From IMG/VR virus record IMGVR_UViG_3300010413_000016, positions 10,770 to 74,769 of that record: a stretch of DNA of 64,000 bases. One strand, 5' to 3'. Positions 40,973 to 50,896 of the stretch are shown here, one piece after another (the stretch's first letter is position 1; every line of letters begins with the position of its first letter). Made by a program: the position numbers and the translations under genes. The notes beneath the pieces are model-generated. The model did not search any database. It was not told the origin of the DNA and saw only the letters and a list, made by a program, of their open reading frames with translations. This DNA is from a virus.

Positions 40973-41866
40973 ATGGGAACAAGACACCTAATAGCTGTAG
41001 TAGCAGATGATGAATACAAGATTGCTCAATATGGACAATGGGATGGATATCCTTCTGGTCAGGGAGTGGATATCCTCAAATTCCTTCACGAGACGAACAT
41101 CGTCGAGTTTAAGAACACACTACGAAACGTCCGATGGATAACACAAGAAGAATGGGATGACATTATTGAAAACCACTCAGATGGTGGCAGTATTATATTT
41201 GGAAGCGACCATGCAAAATATTGGGAAACTCAGCTCAAACGGTTTAGTCGAGACACGGGATCAGATATTCTTGCAATGGTTCGTGATGGAGAAGCTACAA
41301 CACTTCGCAACAACATTAGTTTTGCTGGAGACTCTCTTTTTTGTGAGTATGCATATGTCATCGATCTCGATAATCTGACATTTGAAGTGTACGAAGGATT
41401 TAACAAAGAACCTATCACGCACGGTCGCTTCCTTTCCAGCGACGAAAGTCTCACTCACACGGATGGGTATGAACCCGTTAAACTGATCAAGACATATTCC
41501 CTCGTTGATCTTCCGTCAAAGGAACAATTCCTTGCTGACCTCGAGCCACCCGATGAAGATGGAGAGGACGAAGAAGATACGGGTGTAGAGCCTGTGAGAC
41601 ATAGTGTTTATAAAGTGACAACCGATGACTGGTATCCTTCATATAAACTTGCCAATGGGACATCGCTAGTCAAAGTCAGCTTTTTGCAACTTCTGCCTTC
41701 CAATGATCGATACAACTGGCGCGTGTGCGTATGGGGAGCAGACGATTGTGGAATGGAAAAGGACTTTGGAGACAAACATACCGCATGGAGCTGTTATCTT
41801 GAAATAATTGGCCATGATGATGTCACAAGAGATCTATTAACCAAAATTGGATTAGTATCAGCCTAA
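40973..41866 (+). CDS. conserved hypothetical phage protein, apparently two-domain
   Basis: MGTR...AQYGQWDGYPSGQG...EYAYVIDLD; acidic linker. Confidence 0.7.
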   Translation: MGTRHLIAVVADDEYKIAQYGQWDGYPSGQGVDILKFLHETNIVEFKNTLRNVRWITQEEWDDIIENHSDGGSIIFGSDHAKYWETQLKRFSRDTGSDILAMVRDGEATTLRNNISFAGDSLFCEYAYVIDLDNLTFEVYEGFNKEPITHGRFLSSDESLTHTDGYEPVKLIKTYSLVDLPSKEQFLADLEPPDEDGEDEEDTGVEPVRHSVYKVTTDDWYPSYKLANGTSLVKVSFLQLLPSNDRYNWRVCVWGADDCGMEKDFGDKHTAWSCYLEIIGHDDVTRDLLTKIGLVSA

Positions 41867-41872
41867 AAGGAA

Positions 41873-42502
41873 ATGACGATGTATTGCAATTGCCCGCTAT
41901 CTTTTCCACGAATAACAACCAACCTTACGTTGGAGCAGACAACATGTCGGACCTGCGGTCGAGAAATCCGTTCCTCTTTGCCTTCTGGTGCAGTGACGAA
42001 TGCAAGCCGTGTAATTAAAAAGATGAGCACAGAAGATGTTCTTCGTGGTGTTATTGTTGAGAAAAAGCCATGGGCCGCGAAGATGAAGACGGAAGATGTG
42101 TGGGTGCGCGAAGAAGGAATCGATTCTCTTGCCGCTGCTATCTTTCATGAGTATGAAATTGGTATAATTGATGTTGCGACGGTCAATTGGCAAGATTTTG
42201 ACTGGGATTTCTTCAATCAATATGGTGGGATTCCTGTTTCAGATGATGGAAAAGACAAATTCGAACGGTCCCCATCTTCACTCTCCTGCATGACAGAGCT
42301 ACGCGAATCTCCTTTCTATTATTGGATAGGAGACAAGCACCCTCCTGTTCCTAACGATGTTGAATTTACTGCGAAGTTAAGATGTGGCGATATCCTCGTT
42401 GGGACTGCTTCAGAATTTGACTGGGAACACAATGGTAGTAATGGTGATATTATCGCATTCCGACTAACTGGCAAAATTGTACCGAATATTGAGGAAGATT
42501 GA
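41873..42502 (+). CDS. hypothetical protein, paralog of the ORF at 42504
   Basis: Shared FFxxYGGxPV, SPFYxW and GDIIAFRLTG motifs. Confidence 0.65.
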   Translation: MTMYCNCPLSFPRITTNLTLEQTTCRTCGREIRSSLPSGAVTNASRVIKKMSTEDVLRGVIVEKKPWAAKMKTEDVWVREEGIDSLAAAIFHEYEIGIIDVATVNWQDFDWDFFNQYGGIPVSDDGKDKFERSPSSLSCMTELRESPFYYWIGDKHPPVPNDVEFTAKLRCGDILVGTASEFDWEHNGSNGDIIAFRLTGKIVPNIEED

Positions 42503-42503
42503 T

Positions 42504-43064
42504 ATGAGAACAGTTCCCGATTTGGAACCATGGGAAGTAATGAAAGCGGCAAGCGAAGGCAAGCGAATTGCATTCAAATGGCGAGAAGGGCCAGGAAACA
42601 TTCCAGCAATTCAAGAGTGTAGCTACCCTCCTGCTTTTGACTGGCACCGTTGTGAATACTTCGTCATTGTTCCACCCAATAACCATTGGGACGAATTTGA
42701 TTACGAGTTCTTCGACCTGTATGGTGGGCTACCTGTAACGTATATCAGTGGTGGTCCAACGGAAGGAATAACCGATGGACGCAATCTTCATGGGCTGGAC
42801 GATAATGCCGCTCTACGTCCCTCCCCATTCTACTTCTGGGGTGGTGGTGCATGTCCCGTTCCGGAGAATGCTGAAGTCGATGTGCGGTATCGTGGAAGAG
42901 ACACAGAGATTACTCTTGCTGGCAACTTGCAGTGGAGCCATTCCCCTTTTGACTCTCCTATGGATTCTTCGCTAAAAAGCGCACTTGGAGATATCATTGC
43001 ATTCAGACTGACTGGCAATGTTGCAAGCTATAAACAAGGAGACGTTGGTGAAAGCGCTATCTAA
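42504..43064 (+). CDS. hypothetical protein, paralog of the ORF at 41873
   Basis: Same shared motifs; ATG 42504 after GAGG. Confidence 0.65.
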   Translation: MRTVPDLEPWEVMKAASEGKRIAFKWREGPGNIPAIQECSYPPAFDWHRCEYFVIVPPNNHWDEFDYEFFDLYGGLPVTYISGGPTEGITDGRNLHGLDDNAALRPSPFYFWGGGACPVPENAEVDVRYRGRDTEITLAGNLQWSHSPFDSPMDSSLKSALGDIIAFRLTGNVASYKQGDVGESAI

Positions 43065-43659
43065 AAACTCAGAGATACTGGCACACTTACACTCACTGCA
43101 TCGGAAGATCAAAGTAATCCGTTCCTCCCTTTTGATCAAAATCACCAAGCGCAAACAGCTTGAAGCTGAGCTATCACTGATCAAAAACCCCGCCATTGCT
43201 CATGAGTTGCGAGATCGAGCATATCAGTATCGTGGCTATTACGCTCAGATCAAGAACCCTCGGTACGCGTTGCTCGATCGCATCAAGGATAAGTTCAGAT
43301 CCACACCGTCCAAACCAATGACAATACTTGATCCTGTTGACGTTCGAGCGAAGAACAGACATGATTTCAAAGTAGCGTGGGCACAGCAAAAGGAGGTCAT
43401 TAGAAATGGTGAGTCATCCTCTACGTCGAACCAATTCAACGCGTTCACGTCTTCCGATCGGTACTTCCCTAAAATTCTTAGAGGACACCTCATATACGCA
43501 TGGTCTGGAAGAATGCAATATCTTGATGAAGTGGAACATAACCTAACTCAAATCATTGAAAAGATTACGGCTCTGTTCCAAGCTGATAGTAATATCGAGA
43601 TCACGCTTTCTGATCAAGAAATCGAAGTAATACAACAAGCAAATAACATTACACCCTAG
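43048..43659 (+). CDS. hypothetical protein
   Basis: AGGAG SD then GTG 43048. Confidence 0.55.
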   Translation: MKALSKNSEILAHLHSLHRKIKVIRSSLLIKITKRKQLEAELSLIKNPAIAHELRDRAYQYRGYYAQIKNPRYALLDRIKDKFRSTPSKPMTILDPVDVRAKNRHDFKVAWAQQKEVIRNGESSSTSNQFNAFTSSDRYFPKILRGHLIYAWSGRMQYLDEVEHNLTQIIEKITALFQADSNIEITLSDQEIEVIQQANNITP

Positions 43660-43671
43660 AAGGATATAAAA

Positions 43672-44004
43672 ATGAGCGAGCAATACCTGGTAGTACAGTC
43701 CGAATTTGATTATGCAGATGAGTTTGATGTGTACGGACTCTTCATTACAACAAAATCGGACTTTGATAAGATGATGGAAGAAGCGAAGAAGTACTTCGAT
43801 GTGCATGGTGATTATGAAGGGTGGTTTGGTACGAATGAGGCTATACTCATTGAATCGTTTGAGGACTATCAGGCAGGTCTGCACGTATCAGAAATTACAG
43901 AAGAGACATACCACACATTAAACAAAGCGCTAAATCCGTATTATAAAGGTGAGAGTAAACCCTTCTCATGTGGACGTTTTTTCTTCATCGAATTGGACGA
44001 GTAA
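43672..44004 (+). CDS. hypothetical acidic protein
   Basis: DYADEFDV...FGTNE motif. Confidence 0.65.
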   Translation: MSEQYLVVQSEFDYADEFDVYGLFITTKSDFDKMMEEAKKYFDVHGDYEGWFGTNEAILIESFEDYQAGLHVSEITEETYHTLNKALNPYYKGESKPFSCGRFFFIELDE

Positions 44005-44022
44005 TCCCACACTGGAGCTGGT

Positions 44023-44520
44023 TCACTCGACATTATCGTGTATTAAGTGAACCAGCTCCACAAACTCTTTATAGCTCATATTCTGTTTCATTTTATTTAC
44101 TCTCCACTGACATAACACTACATTACCTTCAATATACCCCAAAGTGCTGTCAACGCGATCTAACGATAACGTCGTTGAGCTTTCGCCACATGTTGACATC
44201 GGTTCGCCAGTGTAAAAACACTTTCCGTCTTGAGCATCCCACATCTTTTCTATTTCTTCCAATGTTATGTTGAACTCAAGTCCTTTATATTTGGCTCGAT
44301 TCTTTGCAGAGACAAAACGATATTGAATTGGATTGTCCTTTACCCATTGGTTAAAATTCTTCTTTGCGTTAGTAATATACACTTGTTTATCTTCTTCAGA
44401 TAATTGATGATACCGAGCCCTTGATTTTTTCTTGAGACATTCTTTACACGTCGATTTGCGTACGCCATAGAATTTTGATGGATCAGTCTCGCCACACGTG
44501 TTACATAGATGATTAGCCAT
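44023..44520 (-). CDS. HNH / His-Me finger endonuclease with N-terminal zinc finger
   Basis: CxxC...CxxC; CFYTG...SLDRVDS..GY..GNVVLC...VNxMK. Confidence 0.8.
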   Translation of the reverse strand: MANHLCNTCGETDPSKFYGVRKSTCKECLKKKSRARYHQLSEEDKQVYITNAKKNFNQWVKDNPIQYRFVSAKNRAKYKGLEFNITLEEIEKMWDAQDGKCFYTGEPMSTCGESSTTLSLDRVDSTLGYIEGNVVLCQWRVNKMKQNMSYKEFVELVHLIHDNVE

Positions 44521-44880
44521 GGTTGGTTCCTTTTTGTATTATATAGGGAAACAAAAACTCATGGTTATTTTTGTGCCCTCCCATTTTCAGAACGATTTTT
44601 TTTTTTTAAAAATTTTTTCGCACCACGATTTTTCGATGGCGGGATATTTTCCGGGGGGGGGAGCAGAAACTCTAATCTAAGATCCATAATATTAACGGGA
44701 GAGATGATTGTAGAAAATGTATGGGAACGTGTGGCGGAAATTGGCGGGCGATGTTTTCAGGGTGAAAAATTTGGTATACGTTGAACCTAGCAAAGAAGGG
44801 TATAATCGCCCATCGGTGTTCTTAGGGACCTGGCCTCTCGATTTTACCAGATTCTATTTTCAAAGTCAACTGTTGACTTT
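44521..44880. other. non-coding strand-switch region with homopolymer tracts
   Basis: T12 at 44596-44607, G9 at 44653-44661, palindrome AAAGTCAAC-T-GTTGACTTT at 44862-44880. Confidence 0.7.
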
Positions 44881-45048
44881 TAGTTAGTGGGAGGAGCCGA
44901 GTCTCCTTCCACTCAGATCATAGCATTCATGTTGTCTTCTTCATCAAGATGGTGTACGACTTGCTACGTGACTTGTCTCCTCCCTATCAACTGTCGTGAT
45001 TAGATTGATTGAAAGATATATTATCTCTCACCCTAACTATGAAGTCAA

Positions 45049-45147
45049 CTAGTACCCCATACCGACTGCAGCCACAGATGCTGCCATCAAGGTGATGATG
45101 GGAGTAACGATAACAACTGCCACAATGATGATCACTTTCTGTTTCAT
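45049..45147 (-). CDS. 32-aa single-TM peptide (MKQKVIIIV...GMGY)
   Basis: Own promoter and SD; paralog at 53059-53157; below the ORF-track size cutoff. Confidence 0.7.
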   Translation of the reverse strand: MKQKVIIIVAVVIVTPIITLMAASVAAVGMGY

Positions 45148-45211
45148 CTCATCTCTCTTTTCTCTCAACTGTTGAAGCTATTATAGCTCCAACAGTTGAA
45201 GAAGTCAACTG

Positions 45212-45547
45212 TTATTTTAATTCATACTTGCTAAACATATTGACGTCAATATCAGATGACAGAATTTGTTCAACTTCTTGTTTGATCTTGTTCATTCGTT
45301 TTGTGACAATGTCAACACTCACAGAACGTGATTGATTGATATAGTAATCACTAGATTCAATATAGTTTAAATTGAATTGTTCTGTGAATTTGACGTCTGC
45401 ATCATGAAAGTCAGACACAGTTGAATCTTCGTTCATAACAAAGATAATGAAGTCGTCATCAACACTACTGATGATACAGTTGTCTATGTTTGTATCAACT
45501 TCATGTTCAATAAACAGATAATTGAACGATATGAATACTTTTTTCAT
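45212..45547 (-). CDS. early hypothetical protein
   Basis: Cassette ORF with own promoter; start corrected. Confidence 0.6.
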   Translation of the reverse strand: MKKVFISFNYLFIEHEVDTNIDNCIISSVDDDFIIFVMNEDSTVSDFHDADVKFTEQFNLNYIESSDYYINQSRSVSVDIVTKRMNKIKQEVEQILSSDIDVNMFSKYELK

Positions 45548-45649
45548 GTGATCTCTCAGTTCTCTCAACTCAGAGATACTATCTCATGATTCATGATTGA
45601 AGACAACAGATGGAGAGATTCAGATAATGAATCTCTCCATCAACTGAAC

Positions 45650-46141
45650 TTATTTGCTCAGTTTCTTTTTGATGTTGTAGTGATATGTAGATGCACCTGC
45701 TTGAGTCATGTCAAGTTCTGCCATGAAACGAGTGATAACATCTTTTCTTGCAGGATGTTGACCATCAACTATCATACTGATGTATATTTCTTCTGCAATT
45801 TGTGACTTTGATACTTTCTTTTCTTTTTGTACTTTGACCGTTTCTACTTTCGGCTTTGTATCTTTGATCTTACGAACTTTCTTCTGTTCAGTTATCTTTT
45901 CTTGTTGTGCAATAAATTCAACAATTTCCTTTTCAGTTTCAGTAACTGCATCTTCAACACTCAACATCTTACTGTCAACATGTGACATCATCCATTCTTG
46001 TTTGTATTCTTCTTTCCATTGTTTGAATGGAATATAATCTTCAGAAGGAAATGATGCGGCTGCTTTCTCTTCTTTATACAGAGTCAGAAGTGAAATGTTA
46101 TCCGGAAATTGTGATTCGATTTGATTGATTACGTGTTGCAT
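45650..46141 (-). CDS. early protein with C-terminal RKxxIxRF...AGASTY domain; paralog of 49152
   Basis: Sequence similarity within the window. Confidence 0.8.
   Translation of the reverse strand: MQHVINQIESQFPDNISLLTLYKEEKAAASFPSEDYIPFKQWKEEYKQEWMMSHVDSKMLSVEDAVTETEKEIVEFIAQQEKITEQKKVRKIKDTKPKVETVKVQKEKKVSKSQIAEEIYISMIVDGQHPARKDVITRFMAELDMTQAGASTYHYNIKKKLSK
45681..45778. repeat. 98-bp perfect repeat, identical to 50277-50374
   Basis: Identical DNA encoding SMIVDGQHPARKDVITRFMAELDMTQAGASTY. Confidence 0.95.
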
Positions 46142-46472
46142 GTTGTTTTCCTCTCTCAATTGTTGAATCTATTATCTGTCCAGTTGGTCACTTTGTCAAC
46201 ATGTTTCTGAAATTAATTTCAATCGATTCATGTTTGTGTGCCAATGAGGACACCATCTAATAAAGAGAGGCTGAGGGCAACAATTAATTTGAGCCGATAT
46301 TTGATCGGCTGATAAGGAGATGTGATTAGAGTTCCAACTTGATGGTTGGAGATGATGGGTGGATCAATTTGATCACTTCAGATCCACCCATCATATAATA
46401 GGTGGAGGCTACAAGTAGCCTCCTGAGTCGTCCGCCGGGAGAGATGAGAGAGAGGAGTGGCGGACGACTCTG

Positions 46473-46792
46473 TTAACTTGCTAACTTCACTGTTGCCATC
46501 CCAAGTCCGTAACCGAACGCGAATATTGCGATCGAGAGGCCGAGAACAGCTACCTTGGCGTTGTTACCAAGTGCCCCAAAGAATAGGACGATGAGACCTA
46601 GCACGAAGGCGACAACCCAGAGGATAACCGCCATAACTATCATCATGGTTTAGTCCTGCCGTTCCATACTTGTAGAGCAACTCCCGTGAAGAAGCCAGAC
46701 AAACAGACTAGAGTAGAGATGACATCGTTGGTGGCAATGTAGGCGCCCATTCCGATAATCACACCAAGTAATCCAAGTACAATTGCTTTCAT
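46473..46792 (-). CDS. two small membrane-protein genes (46643-46792, 46473-46643)
   Basis: Hydrophobic two-TM peptides of about 50 aa; coupled. Confidence 0.55.
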
Positions 46793-46851
46793 CCCATCAT
46801 TCCACTTTTGTCTCTCAACCGATGACAGTATCATCCCACTTTTATGTGGTG

Positions 46852-47402
46852 TCAAGCGGCCCTTTTCAGCTCAGGATGGTTAGTTGCCATCCAACGAACA
46901 AGGTCAGGAATGTTGTTGCTGAACTCTTCGAACGGAACGGTCGTGTGGCTGAAGATTAGACCACCGCTGAGGAAGTCAATGTCGATCGTATTGTTTGCGT
47001 AGTTGATACAAGCTTTGCAGATCGAGTGTGCCTTGTTACGATCAGCTACATGAATGTACGTGACCTTCGCTGCAGGATAGTTGTTCGCCAAGTAGTCGTA
47101 CATGTTGCCATTTGCTTCAACTTGCATGTTAGTGTCCTCTCAATTGTTAGAGGAATTATAGCTCAGCCACTCAAAAGAGTCAACAGCTATTTGGATATTG
47201 CCCACATCGACGTGAGCGCATACAATGACCACCCAAGCCCTTCGAAGAAGACAAACACAATCAGTGCTGATTTCAGTGGAATCAGCCACTTAACGTGATA
47301 GTCGCCATACGCTTCGATCTTGTTGTGATCTTCAAACAAAATGAATCTGGCATATTCTATCAAGATCAATATGATCAAGAACTCAAAATGGATGGCGTTC
47401 AT
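46852..47402 (-). CDS. two early hypothetical genes (46852-47127; 47187-47402, membrane)
   Basis: SD-led cassette ORFs. Confidence 0.6.
47139..47189 (-). repeat. 51-bp promoter repeat identical to 53499-53549
   Basis: ctcaattgttagaggaattatagctcagccactcaaaagagtcaacagcta. Confidence 0.9.
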
Positions 47403-47434
47403 GTTTTCTTCTCCTTATTGGAGGAGTTATTCTC

Positions 47435-47842
47435 CTACAACACACTTTCAGCATCAACAGCTGAAAGTGGAAAACTTCCGACATAACGAGCTCGATTTTT
47501 ACGGAAGACAGCTTGATATTTGCCAATGTTCACGTCTTCGTGAGCATCAATTTGGTACACTTTAACAGAAAAGTTACTTTCATCCATTGCTTGACGAACA
47601 CGTGATGATATTGTCCAGTCTTTAAGTTGTTGTTTGGAGCCAAATCCAAAGAACCAATTACGCCGATCATCATATTCGATGCTATCCCACATGAGGAAAT
47701 GGTCATCTTCTGGCACTGGGTGTTTTGGGTCGGCGATCGAAGATACATATTCAAGGTCACCAAATGATACTGACCGATTGGTGGAATTGCGGTTGTACAT
47801 TCCTGTACCCTTGGCATGTTCGACGCGTAGAACTGTAATCAT
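47435..47842 (-). CDS. early phage protein, possible ADP-ribosyltransferase-like fold
   Basis: LRVEH...HPxPxxD...FGFGS..QL..W...QAVF; start corrected. Confidence 0.5.
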   Translation of the reverse strand: MITVLRVEHAKGTGMYNRNSTNRSVSFGDLEYVSSIADPKHPVPEDDHFLMWDSIEYDDRRNWFFGFGSKQQLKDWTISSRVRQAMDESNFSVKVYQIDAHEDVNIGKYQAVFRKNRARYVGSFPLSAVDAESVL

Positions 47843-47905
47843 TTGTGATCTCCTCTCAATTGATGGGGCCATTATAGCCCCACCCTGAGTTGAAGTCAAC
47901 GGGAG

Positions 47906-48503
47906 TCACAGACGTTTCAGTTCAGACTCCAAACGATTTCGAAAATTCTTATATTGGTCGGTTTCGCTGTACTTCATGTAGAAGTCATGGTATGCCGGGC
48001 GAGGAGGTTGGGACAACAACTTCTCCCTGCCGATTGTGATGTCGAATTTCATCGTTTTCCACGAGCTTTGAAATTCATACGATACGCTACCAAACACCTC
48101 GATTCCTTTCAGAATCATAAGGGAGCCAGTGTTAGCCCAGTTGCGTTCTTGTTCGGACTCAAATCCACACTGGCTAATCAGGTCCATCAAATCTTTCAGG
48201 ATACGGGTTTGCATTGACATGGCGATCTCCTCTCATTTAATAGAGATATTATAGCTCCATCCTATGATGAAGTCAACTGATTTTGTAAATCAGCAGGTCA
48301 GATTCTTCCCCAGCCTCACAGGCAAAGATTTCATCTACTTGTCCGAAGGTTGAGTATTTGAGGTAGGCTTCTTGTTTTTCATGTGAGTCTTCAATCTCAT
48401 AAAAGATGAAGGCTGCTTGCTGATGGGTATCAGCCTCAATCACCCGGTGACTAGATTCGCGAGTGTCATAACGATCGAACCAAATTACTAAGAACTGTGC
48501 CAT
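47906..48503 (-). CDS. two early hypothetical genes (47906-48220, 48273-48503)
   Basis: Each has its own promoter and SD. Confidence 0.65.
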
Positions 48504-48572
48504 CTCTCTTCAATTCTCTCTTGTGTTAATTGATGAGACCAGCATAGCACATCCTCGTCTTAGAGTCAACGA

Positions 48573-49091
48573 TTATTTGAATTCAAACGGACCATTAAAC
48601 TTCTGCTTGTTGATAGTAACAGAAGTGATAGAAGAGATTTCGAAAGTTCGGATGATGACTTTGTTTTCCAGCCCACCCTGACTCGATTCTGGCTTACTTT
48701 CAGGAATACCTTCGATTTGATCTTTGGGAGTTACGACACCATCTACTTCGTAATGAGTAGTTCCCTTGTTGAGGAAGATGACTTCGAGGTAGTGTTTCTC
48801 TTTATATTCTACGAAAGGAATTCCTTCCAGCCGAGTTCCCCAAGTACGAGGACCAACAGTAAACGACTCAGGATCTTTACCTTCTTTACCGAGACGACGT
48901 TTCACCATCTCACCGTAGCCACTTTTCTCTTTGTTCTGAAAGACCATGACATTAGAGCCAACGGTTACCTTCCGAACGCGACCTTGCAGAAGATTATGAC
49001 GACCACCACGAAGCTTGACGTTAGTGGAAGTGTCAATGCTGATGAAAGTTGCGCCATTAACAGCATCCATGATTTTGCGGATATTGTTCAT
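48573..49091 (-). CDS. conserved early phage protein
   Basis: Promoter cassette; start corrected to MNNIRK. Confidence 0.75.
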   Translation of the reverse strand: MNNIRKIMDAVNGATFISIDTSTNVKLRGGRHNLLQGRVRKVTVGSNVMVFQNKEKSGYGEMVKRRLGKEGKDPESFTVGPRTWGTRLEGIPFVEYKEKHYLEVIFLNKGTTHYEVDGVVTPKDQIEGIPESKPESSQGGLENKVIIRTFEISSITSVTINKQKFNGPFEFK

Positions 49092-49098
49092 TCGTGAT

Positions 49099-49149
49099 CT
49101 CCTCTCAATTGATGGGGCCATTATAGCCCCATCCTGAGTTGAAGTCAAC
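49099..49149 (-). repeat. 51-bp promoter-hairpin-SD repeat, identical to 51745-51795; one mismatch to 47850-47900
   Basis: ctcctctcaattgatggggccattatagccccatcctgagttgaagtcaac. Confidence 0.95.
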
Positions 49150-49151
49150 CG

Positions 49152-49631
49152 TTAGCTGAGTTTCTTTTTGATATTGTATTGATAAGTAGAAGCACCAGCT
49201 ACTGACATGTTCAGTTCATTCATGAAACGTTGTACTACTTCCTTTCTTGCAGGATGGTTACCATTGACCATCATTTCCTGATAGACCTTCAAAGCACGTT
49301 CAGCTTTGGTTGGAACTTTCTCTTTCTTGACTTTGACCTTAGGAGTACTTTTGATCTTCCGTACAGTTACCTTTTTCTCAGGTTTTGCCTGTTGTTGCTT
49401 TTGATCGTTTTCCATTTCTTCTTCAGACAACTTGACAGCAGTCTCAGCATCAACCAATTTTGAAGTTGAGTGAGTCTCCAACCATTCTACTTTGTATGAC
49501 GCTCTCCAATCCTGAAAGGAAGGAAACGGATCTGAAGGAAAATCCATCTGCTCTTTCTCAATCTTGTATAGAGCAAGCAGGTTGATGTTGTTGGGGAATT
49601 TAGTTTCGATTGATTTGATTTGCTTCGCCAT
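49152..49631 (-). CDS. early protein with RKxxVxRF...AGASTY domain; paralog of 45650
   Basis: Sequence similarity; tandem promoters upstream. Confidence 0.8.
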   Translation of the reverse strand: MAKQIKSIETKFPNNINLLALYKIEKEQMDFPSDPFPSFQDWRASYKVEWLETHSTSKLVDAETAVKLSEEEMENDQKQQQAKPEKKVTVRKIKSTPKVKVKKEKVPTKAERALKVYQEMMVNGNHPARKEVVQRFMNELNMSVAGASTYQYNIKKKLS

Positions 49632-49789
49632 GCGAAATCCTCTCTCTCGTTTGTTAACTGTTGAAGCTATTATCTTCTAAGTTGGGTCTCATGTCGACAA
49701 ACTTTTCAATTTATTTTTCGTTGAAACACTTGCTGCATGTGATAGAGAGACTATCCAATAAGATGGGCCTGTTGTCAACAGGAACAGCG

Positions 49790-49833
49790 AAAAAAATGGG
49801 TGGCAGCAAAATGAGAGAGGAGCTGCCACCCAT
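49790..49833 (-). terminator. intrinsic terminator with CU-rich loop
   Basis: 12-bp stem, loop UCCUCUCUCAUUUU, U tail on the minus strand. Confidence 0.8.
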
Positions 49834-49924
49834 AAGGGCAAGTTATCCGCCCTCAACATGTATTAATAATGCAACCGACAAAGAGAGTCCACAGGTTATG
49901 GGTTGAAATGCTTTGTCGGTTGCC

Positions 49925-50185
49925 TTAAACTGGTTTCTTGGCGACCTGCTCCATTATATAATCGCGCAGATCGTCTTTCATTTCTTCTTCACAATCATTG
50001 AAGTCGAACTTTTCAGTTCCATCAATGTTTGCAGCAAAAACGTTTGCCACACGTTGTGAAGTTTCATCAGAGAACCATTTGACGTTCAGACCAAGCTCAT
50101 CAGCGAGTTCTTGACGTGTGTACGTTTGTTCTGCATTGCCGAACTGATCAGCAGGAACATGAAACTGCGCATTTGGATCTGACAT
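49925..50185 (-). CDS. early acidic hypothetical protein
   Basis: Own promoter and SD. Confidence 0.65.
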   Translation of the reverse strand: MSDPNAQFHVPADQFGNAEQTYTRQELADELGLNVKWFSDETSQRVANVFAANIDGTEKFDFNDCEEEMKDDLRDYIMEQVAKKPV

Positions 50186-50245
50186 CTAACTTCTCCTCTC
50201 ATTGGATGGAGCCATTATCGCTCCATCCTGAGTTGGTGTCAACAG

Positions 50246-50680
50246 TTATTCAGAACACTCTTTCTTGCAAGTATTTTGATATGTAGATGCACCTGCTTGA
50301 GTCATGTCAAGTTCTGCCATGAAACGAGTGATAACATCTTTTCTTGCAGGATGTTGACCATCAACTATCATACTTTGGTAGATGGCAACTGCTTTTTCCT
50401 TTTTACTTGTACCATCTGTTGACTTTGTATGAGGTTTACGTTTGGTAGAGGTAGAAGTTGTCACTTCTTTCTCTTTTTTAGGAAGTGCAATTCTCCATTC
50501 TTTTGGCTCAGGAATTTCTTTGAGTGTGCCATCATCATGAGGAATCTTTACAGTAGACCCATTAGGAGAAATCTCGATAATGGCATGCACTGCAGAGTAG
50601 TCAACTACTTTGCCATTATGAGTGAACTCACCATTCTCATCTTCACCCTTCCACTCAACAAACTGACCTTTCGTAAACAT
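50246..50680 (-). CDS. early protein: SH3-like N-terminus + AGASTY domain
   Basis: FTKGQFVEW...GKVV N-terminus; C-terminus identical in DNA to that of 45650. Confidence 0.75.
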   Translation of the reverse strand: MFTKGQFVEWKGEDENGEFTHNGKVVDYSAVHAIIEISPNGSTVKIPHDDGTLKEIPEPKEWRIALPKKEKEVTTSTSTKRKPHTKSTDGTSKKEKAVAIYQSMIVDGQHPARKDVITRFMAELDMTQAGASTYQNTCKKECSE

Positions 50681-50896
50681 TTTTGATTCTCCTCTCTCAA
50701 CTGATGAGTCCATTATAGATCCACCGGTTGAAGAAGTCAACACAAATCATGAAATTTTTCTGTTGTTCCCAACTTCAACTATGTTGAAGGTGTGTTGATG
50801 TGAGTGATCAGATCTCATAACTGAATACTATCTTCGTGATCAAATGTAGTGATAGAAGTGGATATATGCCACACTTCTAGCCTCTATTTTCTACCA

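Noticed and set aside
44509-44784. 91-aa ORF across the strand-switch region
   Set aside because: The FFFFK and GGG content comes from the homopolymer tracts; no SD.
47843-47899. Shared N-terminal peptide MTSTQxGAIMAPSIERR on several ORF-track proteins (47435, 48573, 51459, 57474 and others)
   Set aside because: It is the translation of the promoter repeat, with the TTG of the -35 box taken as the start. The real starts follow the GAGAGGAG SD.
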